From the NCBI RefSeq assembly GCF_016592615.1, contig NZ_AP013043.1, positions 600,001 through 632,000 on the forward strand: a stretch of DNA of 32,000 nucleotides, read 5' to 3'. Numbering within the stretch: the first letter of the stretch is position 1; the number at the start of each line of letters is the position of its first letter. The position numbers and the translations under genes are program-made. Below are positions 1 to 11,204 of this stretch, piece after piece. This DNA comes from Isorropodon fossajaponicum endosymbiont JTNG4 (lineage in GTDB: Bacteria; Pseudomonadota; Gammaproteobacteria; PS1; Pseudothioglobaceae). The notes under the pieces were generated by a model that did no database searches, had not been told where the DNA came from, and was given only the letters and a program-made list of their open reading frames with translations.

Positions 1-2814
<2,814 letters not shown>

Positions 2815-2815
<1 letters not shown>

Positions 2816-3102
2816 TGTCAATTACTAAAAAAGATATTGCCAGAGCATTGGTAAAAAGCATGGACATAACCCATGTCCATGCATTGGCAATTACGCATGA
2901 TTTTTTTGACCAAATCAAACAAACGCTAGCCTCTGGAGAGTCAGTAAAACTGTCTAGCTTTGGTAACTTTGTGATTAGAGAGAAATCTGCCAGACCAGGT
3001 AGAAATCCTAAAACTGGTGAAGTGGTTGAAATTTCAGCCAGAAAAGTGGTGGTGTTTAAATCAGGACCAAAGTTTAAATCAGCCACTCAAAAAGGCGAAT
3101 AA
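2815..3102 (+). CDS. ihfA: Integration host factor alpha subunit (HU/IHF fold)
   Basis: 95-aa ORF with the HU/IHF arm motif (GRNPKTGEVVEISARKVVVFKSG). Its position right after pheST matches the conserved pheST-ihfA arrangement. The start overlaps the pheT stop. Confidence 0.9.
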
Positions 3103-3181
3103 CCGTAAGCACATCTTAAAGAGTGCAAGTTACAGCGCTAAAATCCCGCCAATATTATTAAAGACTATTTAGAATTGGTTG

Positions 3182-3652
3182 TTAATCCGTAATAGCTGAC
3201 ATAAAACCTTTTAATACCGGCATTATCTTGTCAATAATTTCTTGATTTTTAGCCACATTGTTCACATGACCTTTGATGGTTTTTTTTGTCTCTTGTAAGG
3301 TTGTGTTGTAATCATCATCAAATTCAAAATTTATAAAATAAAAGCCTTTGGCTTTATCTCTAACAGACCTAACTGATAAAAAATCAGTTTCCCAAGCGAG
3401 TTCTGCTTGATAGACAGCGTCTGAATTTGTTGTATCTTTTTGTAGTAAAACAAGGGTTGAGCCAAAATGAAAAATAAAGTGACTTGCACTGCAATTTGAT
3501 GCAGGCGTTGTGTTTAATTCGCCACTTTGAAGTGCATTGGCAATTTGCTTAAGTTGAGGGTTATTCAGTTGGATATATTTTGCATCTAAATATTCTTCAA
3601 TATTGGCATTAGGATGATTATTTTTAAAAAATTCAACAAGTCTTTTAAGCAT
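3182..3652 (-). CDS. Hypothetical protein (156 aa)
   Basis: Long ORF in backbone context. I recognise no motif. Confidence 0.45.
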   Translation of the reverse strand: MLKRLVEFFKNNHPNANIEEYLDAKYIQLNNPQLKQIANALQSGELNTTPASNCSASHFIFHFGSTLVLLQKDTTNSDAVYQAELAWETDFLSVRSVRDKAKGFYFINFEFDDDYNTTLQETKKTIKGHVNNVAKNQEIIDKIMPVLKGFMSAITD

Positions 3653-3719
3653 GGTTATAGCACTTGGTTAAAACCCATTATTATAGTCAAATATAATGAG
3701 CTATTCTTGGTAAGCATAC

Positions 3720-4802
3720 TTATGAGTCAAATCTATCTTTATTATATTTGATGCTATAAATATCAAAAATACTAATGGCCATTGCAGCAATAATAGGACC
3801 AATAAATAAACCTAAAATACCAAATTGTATAATACCAGCCAAGGTAGATAGCACTGTGATTAGAGTATGGTCTAGTGTATTTGCGCCATTGGATTTTTTA
3901 GATAAGAGCTTGATAATGCTAGGTCGAGCCAAATTATCAACAATAAAGCCAAGCACGACAGCACCAGAGAGTGCCACAATCAACGTATCAGTGGTTTGAC
4001 CTTGGGCGTATAAATACAAACTCAACGGTAGCCAAATAATTAAACCGCCTAATAAGGGTATAAAACTAGCCAATGCCATTGCAATACCAAAATATAGGGC
4101 AGGTAATCCAATGATCATAATCGTGATTGAGAATATCACGCCTTGTAATAGCGCAATCAAAAACACACTGCCTACTAGTGTCATGGATAAGTTTTTAAAC
4201 TGATTGAGTAAAATATCGTTTAAATGTGTTTCAAGTGGTGATAAGCTTTTAATGCGTTTTACAATTTTTTTACCATCGATATAAAAGTAATAAAGCGTAA
4301 AAGTAACAATGATTAAAAACAATATAAAATGTGATGATAGCGATACAATACTTTTAAGTATGACAATGGAGAAGTCTTTAACACTAATAAGAAAAGTCCC
4401 TAAATTGTTATTTAATGCAGTGCTTAAAGTACTTTTAATGGCATCTGATAAGGGGAGTTTGGCAACAGTTTGATTAAAAATTTGAGTGATTTTATCAAAG
4501 TCAAAATCATGGTTGATGGCTTGTATCGAAGTAGAAATTTCCAGCGTGCTTATTAATAAAATATAACCCAGTGGCAAAATTAAAACAATCGTTACCAGTA
4601 GTGTGGTTAGCAATGCTGAGTTATTGGATGAGAATCTATTTTGTAATTGTTCGTACTTTGAAAAAGTTGCAATGGCAATCATCAGTGATAAAAACAAGGC
4701 TGAGATAAAAGGGGTAAATAGCCAAATTAATCCGCCAATAGCTAAGAGTAATAAGCTCAGCATAAATCCATGCTCAAAAGGTTTTTGTGTATTAGTATTC
4801 AT
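3720..4802 (-). CDS. AI-2E family (PerM/UPF0118) membrane transporter
   Basis: 360-aa polytopic membrane protein. The C-terminal pattern FIPLLGG...DNLARP...GIIQFGILGLFIGP is typical of the AI-2E/PerM family. Confidence 0.8.
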   Translation of the reverse strand: MNTNTQKPFEHGFMLSLLLLAIGGLIWLFTPFISALFLSLMIAIATFSKYEQLQNRFSSNNSALLTTLLVTIVLILPLGYILLISTLEISTSIQAINHDFDFDKITQIFNQTVAKLPLSDAIKSTLSTALNNNLGTFLISVKDFSIVILKSIVSLSSHFILFLIIVTFTLYYFYIDGKKIVKRIKSLSPLETHLNDILLNQFKNLSMTLVGSVFLIALLQGVIFSITIMIIGLPALYFGIAMALASFIPLLGGLIIWLPLSLYLYAQGQTTDTLIVALSGAVVLGFIVDNLARPSIIKLLSKKSNGANTLDHTLITVLSTLAGIIQFGILGLFIGPIIAAMAISIFDIYSIKYNKDRFDS

Positions 4803-5110
4803 TGATTTTCCATTTTAATAACAGCGTAAGCCACTTGCTCGTAAGGGTGTGCAGACTTCATAGCACTGATAACTGAGCTAAGATGATTGCTTGCACATAT
4901 CATCTCTACTTTGTATTCTTTAACAGTTTCAAGTTTATCCAAACACCCAATTGCAGGATTGGCATTTTTAATGGGTTTAAATTGACCCATGCCAATCGTT
5001 TGCCAGGTGCAATTTTCATAATCATTAAACCTGCCAGCACCTGCTTCAAACATGGCATTTTTTATAAGTTCTAGTTTTGTTTCAGGGACATAAAAACTGA
5101 TTTGAAACAT
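4799..5110 (-). CDS. Small stand-alone protein resembling the NIF3/YqfO insert (PII-like) domain
   Basis: 103 aa. The pattern FYVP...AGAGRFNDYENC...G.GQF.P...ANPAIG....HPYEQVAY recalls the YqfO/NIF3 C-terminal domain family. The start/stop overlaps neighbours on both sides (operon-like). Confidence 0.5.
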   Translation of the reverse strand: MFQISFYVPETKLELIKNAMFEAGAGRFNDYENCTWQTIGMGQFKPIKNANPAIGCLDKLETVKEYKVEMICASNHLSSVISAMKSAHPYEQVAYAVIKMENQ

Positions 5111-5814
5111 TAAAATTTACCTTTAAAATAGAGCAATCTTTGGTTATCAGTCATGCGCTCTATGGCATATCTTAAAGTCGTTCTGGGTAATTGCTTGTAA
5201 TTTTCTTGCAAAAATAGCTGTGTTGCTTGATGGTCTTTTTTGTACACTCCCCTAAGCATCCAGCCAATAGCTTTGTGAATTAAATCATGAGTATCAGCCA
5301 ATAAGGCTTTGGCAATTTTAAAAGTGGGTTCAAATTCACCTTGCTTAATAAAAGCAAAGGTAGCGACAATGGCAATACGTTTCTCCCATAAATCATTGGA
5401 TTTTGAAAACTCAAACAACAAGGGCAATTGGTCTTGGTGGTGGTAAATATAATCCCCCACAATATGAGGCGTGGTGGTATCAACCAAATCCCAATTATTA
5501 ACCGAGTTGATATTTTTTAGATAATACTTAAAAACAGAGGTCTCATCATCCGATTGATATTTATTCACTAATATAATCAAACCACAGTGGCGTATTTCAT
5601 GAATGGGATGATGAATGAGTTTGTCTATTTCAGCATAAGCAATACCTTCAAAATACTGCTTAGCAACTTGCCTAATTTGAGGCATACGCACACCCATAAA
5701 TTGGTCAAACTCAGAATACTCACCCTTACCAGTTTTAAAAAACCACTCATTGGTTTGTCGTCTTTGCTCGGTTGCAAAAGATTTTAGTTGCGAGATAATC
5801 TTATCACTGCTCAT
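5110..5814 (-). CDS. DNA alkylation repair (AlkD-like HEAT-repeat) protein
   Basis: 234 aa. The N-terminus (...EQRRQTNEWFFKTGKGEYSEFDQFMGVRMPQIRQVAK) and length match the DNA alkylation repair enzyme family. Confidence 0.7.
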   Translation of the reverse strand: MSSDKIISQLKSFATEQRRQTNEWFFKTGKGEYSEFDQFMGVRMPQIRQVAKQYFEGIAYAEIDKLIHHPIHEIRHCGLIILVNKYQSDDETSVFKYYLKNINSVNNWDLVDTTTPHIVGDYIYHHQDQLPLLFEFSKSNDLWEKRIAIVATFAFIKQGEFEPTFKIAKALLADTHDLIHKAIGWMLRGVYKKDHQATQLFLQENYKQLPRTTLRYAIERMTDNQRLLYFKGKF

Positions 5815-5855
5815 CAGTTATACTAATACTTTAATTTATTAGTGGACAATCATAC

Positions 5856-6344
5856 ATGCAAATAGCCTACTTTGCTGGTGGATGTTTTTGGTGTGTTGAA
5901 GCAATTTTTCAACGCATTGAAGGGGTTGTTAAGCTCACCTCTGGTTATTGCAATGGCAACACTGTCGATCCTACTTATCAAGATATTTGTACAGGTGCAA
6001 CTGGGCATGCTGAGGTGGTTAAAATTGAGTTTGATGAGTCAAAAGTATCTTTCAAGACATTACTAAACGTTTTTTTTGAAACGCACGACCCGACCACACT
6101 AAACCAACAAGGTAGTGATCGTGGCACGCAGTATCGTTCTGCCATTTTTTATACCAACGACGAGCAACAATCACAAGCAATTGATATGATTAATCATATG
6201 AGTGATAAGATTGTAACGCAATTTATAAAACTGGATGTGTTTTATCCCGCTGAAAATTATCACCAAAACTATTTTAATGACAATTCATTACAACCTTATT
6301 GCCAAATGCTAATCGCACCCAAACTAGCCAAATACTTTAACTAA
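5856..6344 (+). CDS. msrA: Peptide-methionine (S)-S-oxide reductase
   Basis: 162 aa with the catalytic motif AYFAGGCFWCVE and the conserved GHAEVV and YHQNY segments. Confidence 0.95.
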   Translation: MQIAYFAGGCFWCVEAIFQRIEGVVKLTSGYCNGNTVDPTYQDICTGATGHAEVVKIEFDESKVSFKTLLNVFFETHDPTTLNQQGSDRGTQYRSAIFYTNDEQQSQAIDMINHMSDKIVTQFIKLDVFYPAENYHQNYFNDNSLQPYCQMLIAPKLAKYFN

Positions 6345-7090
6345 TGAACGACCAAGAACTGCTTAGATATTCTCGCCAAATACTACTACCCCAAATCAGC
6401 ATTGAAGGGCAACAAACCCTTAAAGATGCCACTTTATTGTTAATTGGCGTAGGTGGCTTGGGTTCGCCCAGCGCCCTATATTTAGCTGCTGCTGGTATTG
6501 GGCATTTAATCATTGCTGATTTTGATGAAGTTGAATTGTCAAATTTGCAACGGCAAATCATCCACTTTACAGACGATATCGGTAGAAAAAAAGTCGATTC
6601 TGCCAAAGATAAAATGCTTGCTATTAATCCCAACATAAAAGTTACTACGATTGAAAAACTAAATCAAGATAATCTTAATGGTTGGGTGGCTAAAGCCGAT
6701 GTGGTTTTAGATGGTACGGATAATTTTGACACCCGCTTTAAAGTTAACAAGGCTTGTGTTGTACAAAAAACACCCTTAGTATCAGCAGCAGTCATCCGCT
6801 TTGAGGGGCAATTGTCCGTATTTAAAGGTTACGAACAAACACAGCCTTGCTACCAATGCTTGTATTCAGTTGAAGGAAATTCTGATGAGAATTGTACCAG
6901 TAATGGCATACTATCACCCGTTGCAGGCATGATGGGCTCGTTGCAAGCCTTGCAAGCCATCAAAGTCCTTTTAAATTTGGGCGAGCAATTAGTGGGAAAA
7001 TTAATGCTAATTGATGCGCTAGACCTTTCTTTTAGAAAAATTAAAATAAACAAAGACGAGTCTTGTAAAATCTGTGCTCACGGGGCGTAG
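6344..7090 (+). CDS. moeB: Molybdopterin-synthase adenylyltransferase (ThiF/MoeB E1-like)
   Basis: 248 aa with the RYSRQILL start, GVGGLGSP nucleotide loop, DxDxVxxSNLQRQ and two CxxC pairs (CYQC, CKIC). The start overlaps the msrA stop (TAATG). Confidence 0.85.
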   Translation: MNDQELLRYSRQILLPQISIEGQQTLKDATLLLIGVGGLGSPSALYLAAAGIGHLIIADFDEVELSNLQRQIIHFTDDIGRKKVDSAKDKMLAINPNIKVTTIEKLNQDNLNGWVAKADVVLDGTDNFDTRFKVNKACVVQKTPLVSAAVIRFEGQLSVFKGYEQTQPCYQCLYSVEGNSDENCTSNGILSPVAGMMGSLQALQAIKVLLNLGEQLVGKLMLIDALDLSFRKIKINKDESCKICAHGA

Positions 7091-7157
7091 CGCAGTCTGG
7101 TAGCGCACCACACTGGGGGTGTGGTGGTCACAGGTTCAAATCCTGTCGTCCCGACCA
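7081..7157 (+). tRNA. tRNA-Pro (anticodon GGG), CCA encoded
   Basis: Hand-folded cloverleaf. Acceptor CGGGGCG/CGTCCCG (one G-T pair), D arm GCGC-AGTCTGGTA-GCGC, anticodon arm CCACA-CTGGGGG-TGTGG, variable TGGTC, T arm ACAGG-TTCAAAT-CCTGT, then A-CCA. Confidence 0.9.
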
Positions 7158-7250
7158 ATTTTAACCTTTGATATCAACGAATTAAAGCATTTCTATAAAT
7201 CAAGTACAATATTAAAATTCTACTAAAATGCCATAAAGTGCTATAAAATT

Positions 7251-7360
7251 AGCACACTTTTAGCACACTTTTAGCACACTTTTAGCACACTTTTAGCACA
7301 CTTTTAGCACACTTTTAGCACACTTTTAGCACACTTTTAGCACACTTTTAGCACACTTTA
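7251..7360. repeat. Tandem array of 10 head-to-tail copies of the 11-bp unit AGCACACTTTT
   Basis: Copies start at 7251 + 11n. Nine are identical and the tenth ends in A. The array ends 12 nt before the integrase ATG (7373). It is flanked by the 10-bp inverted repeat AAATCAAGTA (7197-7206) / TACTTGATTT (7359-7368). Confidence 0.97.
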
Positions 7361-7372
7361 CTTGATTTAAGC

Positions 7373-8165
7373 ATGGCAACAATTTACCCAAGAGGGGATG
7401 TATGGTATTTGAATTATAGTGATGCACGAGGGCAGCACCGTAAAAGTCTGGGAAAGATATCTGAGCATTTGGCTAAAGTTAGATTAAAGCAAAAAGAATA
7501 TGAGCTTTCTATGGGTATAAATTGCAACTCTCATAGCGCAATTAGCTTTAGAAGAGAGTATGCAACAATATATTTAACGTGGTATGAAGAAACTTATCCC
7601 AGCTCTTTTCAATTAGTGCTTTATGCTGTGCTTGATTTTTGAAAAATATTTCAATATGCGCCTTAATGAAATTTCGCAAAAAGATATTGATATTGCCGTT
7701 AAAAATCTGAAAGAAAAAGGTCTAAAGTCAGCGACCATTAATAGAAAAACAACAACATTAAAAGCAATGTTTAGTAGGGCCAAGAGGGGCGGCTTTTTGG
7801 TTGCTAATGTTGAAATTGAAAAAATACCCGAATTAAAAAGTAAGCCACCAAAATATTATTCAAAAAAAGAGCTTAAAATGATTTATGAGTTTGATAAAGA
7901 AACAGAGCATTGGTGGAAATTTTTGGCAAATACAGGGTTAAGGCTAGACGAGTTCTATAACTTAAAGTGTGAGAATATTACCGAGACAGGTATTTATGTA
8001 ATCTCAACTGACGAAAATAGGAACAAGTCTAAAAAATGGCGAAAAATACCGGTATCAATGGGCGTTAATAAGGTTTTAAAAGATTTTGATTTAACCCAAG
8101 AATACTTGTTTCCACGATATTCTGACAAAACGTATTACAATAAAAAATTTAGAAGATTAAAAGTT
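7373..8165 (+). pseudogene. Tyrosine integrase remnant (arm-binding N-terminus, SAM-like core-binding domain and start of catalytic domain; frameshifted and 3'-truncated)
   Basis: MATIYPRGDVWYLNYSDARGQHRKSLG is a typical phage-integrase N-terminus. The frame switches in the T-run around 7633-7640 to ...RLNEISQKDIDIAV...TINRKTTTLKAMFSRA...ANTGLRLDE (box I Arg). The downstream HxxR...H...Y catalytic part is absent. Confidence 0.7.
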
Positions 8166-8963
8166 TCAAAAAATAAAGGGCATTTAAGCCCCTCTATTCT
8201 ATCAAAATTTTTAATAGATTTATCGTGGAAATCTTCCTCTTTAGAGGGAAGTTCGTATTCATTACTAGACACTAAGACCTTGGTTGAATATGGAGAAAAA
8301 CCAAAAACATCCCTTAAAAGAGATGATTTAATGATATTAAACCATATAGATGCTATTAAGCACTTGGTTCAAATTAAAAAAATAAACAGTGAAGAGATTA
8401 AAGTAATCAATCAATTTTTGTTAAAAGATGGATTGGACGAGTTTGACAGGGGTGGAATATTAAGGGGCTTTACTGAACTTGAGATAACTCATTCAACTTA
8501 TATTCCTGCAACAGATGGCGTTTTATTAAATAAAATTTTGGATGATATCGTGGGGGTGCTAAATCAAAAAACCCCAATTGAGCAATCTTTTTATTTGTTT
8601 TCTAGAATCCCTTATGCACAGTTTTTTTCTGATGGAAATAAACGCTCTGCCCGTCTTTTGTGCAATCAGCCTTTATTGTCTGCTGGGTTGTCGCCTATTT
8701 CTATGGTTGACATTAACAAGAATAACTACTTAAAAAGTTTACTGGTCTTTTATGAGCTAGGGGATGATAGGTTATTACAAGAGGTTTTTTTAAAAAGTTA
8801 TATAGACTCCATATTGAGATACAGCAACTTATCACAAGAGCAACGAATTGAACTTGCTAAAGACAAAGAAAACATCCAAAAACAATTATTTAATTGTTTT
8901 ACTAGCAAAGGAAAACCTGTACCATCTTTTTTTAACTGTAACAACAATGGGCAACAAAGCTAG
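8166..8963 (+). pseudogene. Fic/DOC-family domain, N-terminally truncated and fused in frame to the integrase remnant; degenerate active-site motif
   Basis: A Fic_N-like segment (SSSLEGSSYS...) is followed by QFFSDGNKRSAR (8619-8654) where Fic proteins carry HPFxDGNGRxxR. That gives H to Q and G to K substitutions. Confidence 0.6.
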
Positions 8964-8989
8964 CCTTTTCAATCGCCTTAAACTTAAAA

Positions 8990-9340
8990 ATGTCAATAAA
9001 TAAAAATTATAAATCTTTGCAGTCTTTGTTCGCAAAAGGCTTGATTACATATCCACGCTCTAATTCAAATGAGATATCTCAAGCTTCAACACAGGTCTTA
9101 AAGGCTTTTGCACAAGATAACGACTTTAGTTTTACCAACACAACAACACCTCTGGAGCAGTTTAAATTTGCTCATGAAGCGCCAACACTTACTTTAGAAG
9201 GGGTGAGCCTTAAAAAAAACTAAACAATCGGGTGCCAAGCCTACAACAGAACTGATTATTTTAAATTATATCGCTTTGCTGCAGTTCAAAGCGTTTGTCC
9301 CCAAACAAACAAAAACCATTGTTTTAAATGAAAAAGGTCG
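8990..9340 (+). pseudogene. Type IA DNA topoisomerase (TopB-like) relic
   Basis: The 77-aa ORF contains LFAKGLITYPRSNS (compare LYExGxITYxRTDS) and AHEAPTLT (compare HHAIxPT). A shifted frame continues with ...ELIILNYIALLQFKAFVP. Only about 100 codons of a protein normally over 600 aa remain. Confidence 0.45.
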
Positions 9341-9858
9341 GTGATATGCTAAAAAATTAGTACCTGAGCATACAATTGAAAATATTAATAAATCAGAGGT
9401 GGTTATGCTCAATAATAATGATAAAAAATCAAGTCTTGCGCCAAGTGTTGAGCAGGTGATTGGTGAAGGCAATGCTGCCATGCTTATTCCTGCAAGTTTT
9501 TAACAAAAACAACAGAAAGAACAAAAGCAACAAGATGAATCGAGAATAAAAGCCTCATGAAAAATCAAAGAAAGTTAGTACATGCCTCACAAGCCTGCTC
9601 TGTAGGTTTGTGAATTGTCCTTGAACCTCAGCGAAAGGCAACCCTAAGCGGGAGCGTAGCATAAAACAAGTTCTGTCGATTGAGTGCACCGAACTCTCCA
9701 AGCAGGTAAAACCTGCTTAGTAAAAGTTTAAAGTCTCAGTAACTAACGGACTATCATTTACTGGCACTTTGCTTTTTTTCAAAAAGAGCAAGGCTGCTGG
9801 CTGATGCGCACAAGTTACAACCGCAGTAGAAAAAGCATTTAAAGATTCAAATCTAGTT

Positions 9859-9930
9859 GCATAAATGTATAAAATATTTATCTTTAAATGGATATTTATA
9901 TATAATGTAATTTATTTTATACATTTATGC
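9859..9930. promoter_or_regulatory. Nested palindromic operator/promoter region upstream of the HipB-like HTH gene
   Basis: 18-bp perfect inverted repeat GCATAAATGTATAAAATA (9859-9876) / TATTTTATACATTTATGC (9913-9930). It encloses TATC-N8-GATA (9879-9894) and a TATAAT box (9901-9906). Confidence 0.5.
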
Positions 9931-10137
9931 ATGATGGACTATAAAACTTTGGGTGATGAGATTCTAAGTATTAGAAGACAAAAAAAAATATCGCAAGCTT
10001 TGATAGCCAAAGACCTTGGCATTACGCGAATAACCATCAGCGCTGTTGAGAACGCCAAGGGCAATGTTGGTATTAAAACGGTTATGCAGATTGCTGATTA
10101 TTTGGGGCAGCAGTTAACGCTATCTCAAGCTTCATAA
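9931..10137 (+). CDS. XRE-family HTH protein, HipB/y4mF-like antitoxin type, with no cognate toxin gene
   Basis: MMDYKTLGDEILSIRRQKKISQALIAKDLGITRITISAVENAKGNVGIKTVMQIADYLG is a canonical Cro/C1 HTH. I place the start at the ATG at 9931, because the longer track ORF (9865) would read through the operator palindrome. Confidence 0.7.
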   Translation: MMDYKTLGDEILSIRRQKKISQALIAKDLGITRITISAVENAKGNVGIKTVMQIADYLGQQLTLSQAS

Positions 10138-10151
10138 TTTCCAACCTTTGA

Positions 10152-10937
10152 GGCGTTAAAAAATGGAAGATAAAAACACGTGGTGAAATAACGCCACAAG
10201 AATTGCTAGCAGTATTTAAAACTATTGAAAAGACAGGTGCGCTTGAAACCTTGCAAAAAGTTAGAAGCCACACAAGCCGAGTTTTTCGTTATTGTGCTGG
10301 TCTTGGAATAGTGGAGCGAGACCCAACTAGAGACTTGCCTAGCGATATTTTTCAAAAACCAAAAGTTAAACACTACACAACCATTACAGACCCTAAAGAA
10401 ATTGGAGGACTTTTGCGAATGCTTGATGATTATCAAGGTAGTTATCAAATTGCATTTTCTTTAAAGATAGCGCCTTATTTATTTTTACGCCCAAATGAGT
10501 TAGCTGGTCTTAGGTGGGATGAAATAGACTTTAATGACAGAATGATTAGAATAGGTGTAAAACGTATGAAAATGGGTACAGCGCACCTAGTTCCATTGCC
10601 TCACCAAGTTGTTGCTTTATTGCAAAAAATTAAGAGCATTAAATCTAATAGTGAATTTGTATTTCCAAGTATTCGTAATAAAAGCACTTCCATCTCGCCT
10701 GAAAGTTTAAGGGCTGGTCTTAGACGATTGGGACTGGATAAAGATGAGTTTACAACCCATGGATTCAGACATATGGCCTCAACTAGACTTCATGAGCTTG
10801 GGTTTAGAGGTGGTGTTATCGAACGTCAATTAGCACACGCAGAAAAAAATAAAGTAAAGGCTGCTTATAACCATGCTCAATACTTAGTCGAACGTGTGAC
10901 AATGATGCAAGAGTGGCTGATTATCTTGATAGGTTAA
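10152..10937 (+). pseudogene. P4/CP4-57-type tyrosine integrase, 5'-truncated (arm-binding domain missing)
   Basis: The sequence ...ITPQELLAVFKTIEKTGALETLQKVRSHTSRVFRYC...RPNELAGLRWDEID...HGFRHMASTRL...ERQLAHAE...AYNHAQY contains R, HxxR, H and Y. The frame opens only at 10152, right after the HTH gene, so about 150 N-terminal codons are missing. Confidence 0.8.
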
Positions 10938-11090
10938 AAGGCAATACTAATAAAAAAATTAAGACTGACAATGTTTTCGTTCAAAAAACCAAGGAATTAA
11001 CAAAAAATGTTAAAAAAATATATACATCTATAAAAACTCTATTTGCACAGGCGAAAAAAAGGCTATCTAATGATAACTTGATTTTATAGA

Positions 11091-11166
11091 TGGTGCCGAA
11101 GGCCGGATTCGAACTGGCGACCTACTGATTACAAATCAGTTGCACTACCAACTGTGCTACTTCGGC
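11091..11166 (-). tRNA. tRNA-Thr (anticodon UGU), CCA encoded
   Basis: Reverse complement folds as GCCGAAG-TA-GCAC-AGTTGGTA-GTGC-A-ACTGA-TTTGTAA-TCAGT-AGGTC-GCCAG-TTCGAAT-CCGGC-CTTCGGC-A-CCA. There is one A-C mismatch in the T stem. Confidence 0.85.
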
Positions 11167-11204
11167 ATAAGGTTGAGAATTATACTTAAAAAAAAGATAA
11201 ACAA

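Noticed and set aside
7251-7360. Tandem 11-bp array considered as a CRISPR array
   Set aside because: The repeats are contiguous with no spacers, the unit is far too short, and there are no cas genes in the window.
9690-9725. 11-nt identity (AACCTGCTTAG) to the region just after the tag reading frame of E. coli tmRNA as I remember it, with a TAA in the hairpin loop. I considered a tmRNA fragment or ssrA-type att remnant.
   Set aside because: The reading frame ending at that TAA does not encode anything like a degradation tag. No tRNA-like 3' domain is present. An 11-mer match against a remembered sequence can be chance.
9865-9930. Longer version of the HTH ORF starting at 9865 (track ORF of 90 aa)
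   Set aside because: The extra 22 codons (MYKIFIFKWIFIYNVIYFIHLC) are read through the palindromic operator/promoter. The conserved HTH protein begins at the ATG at 9931.
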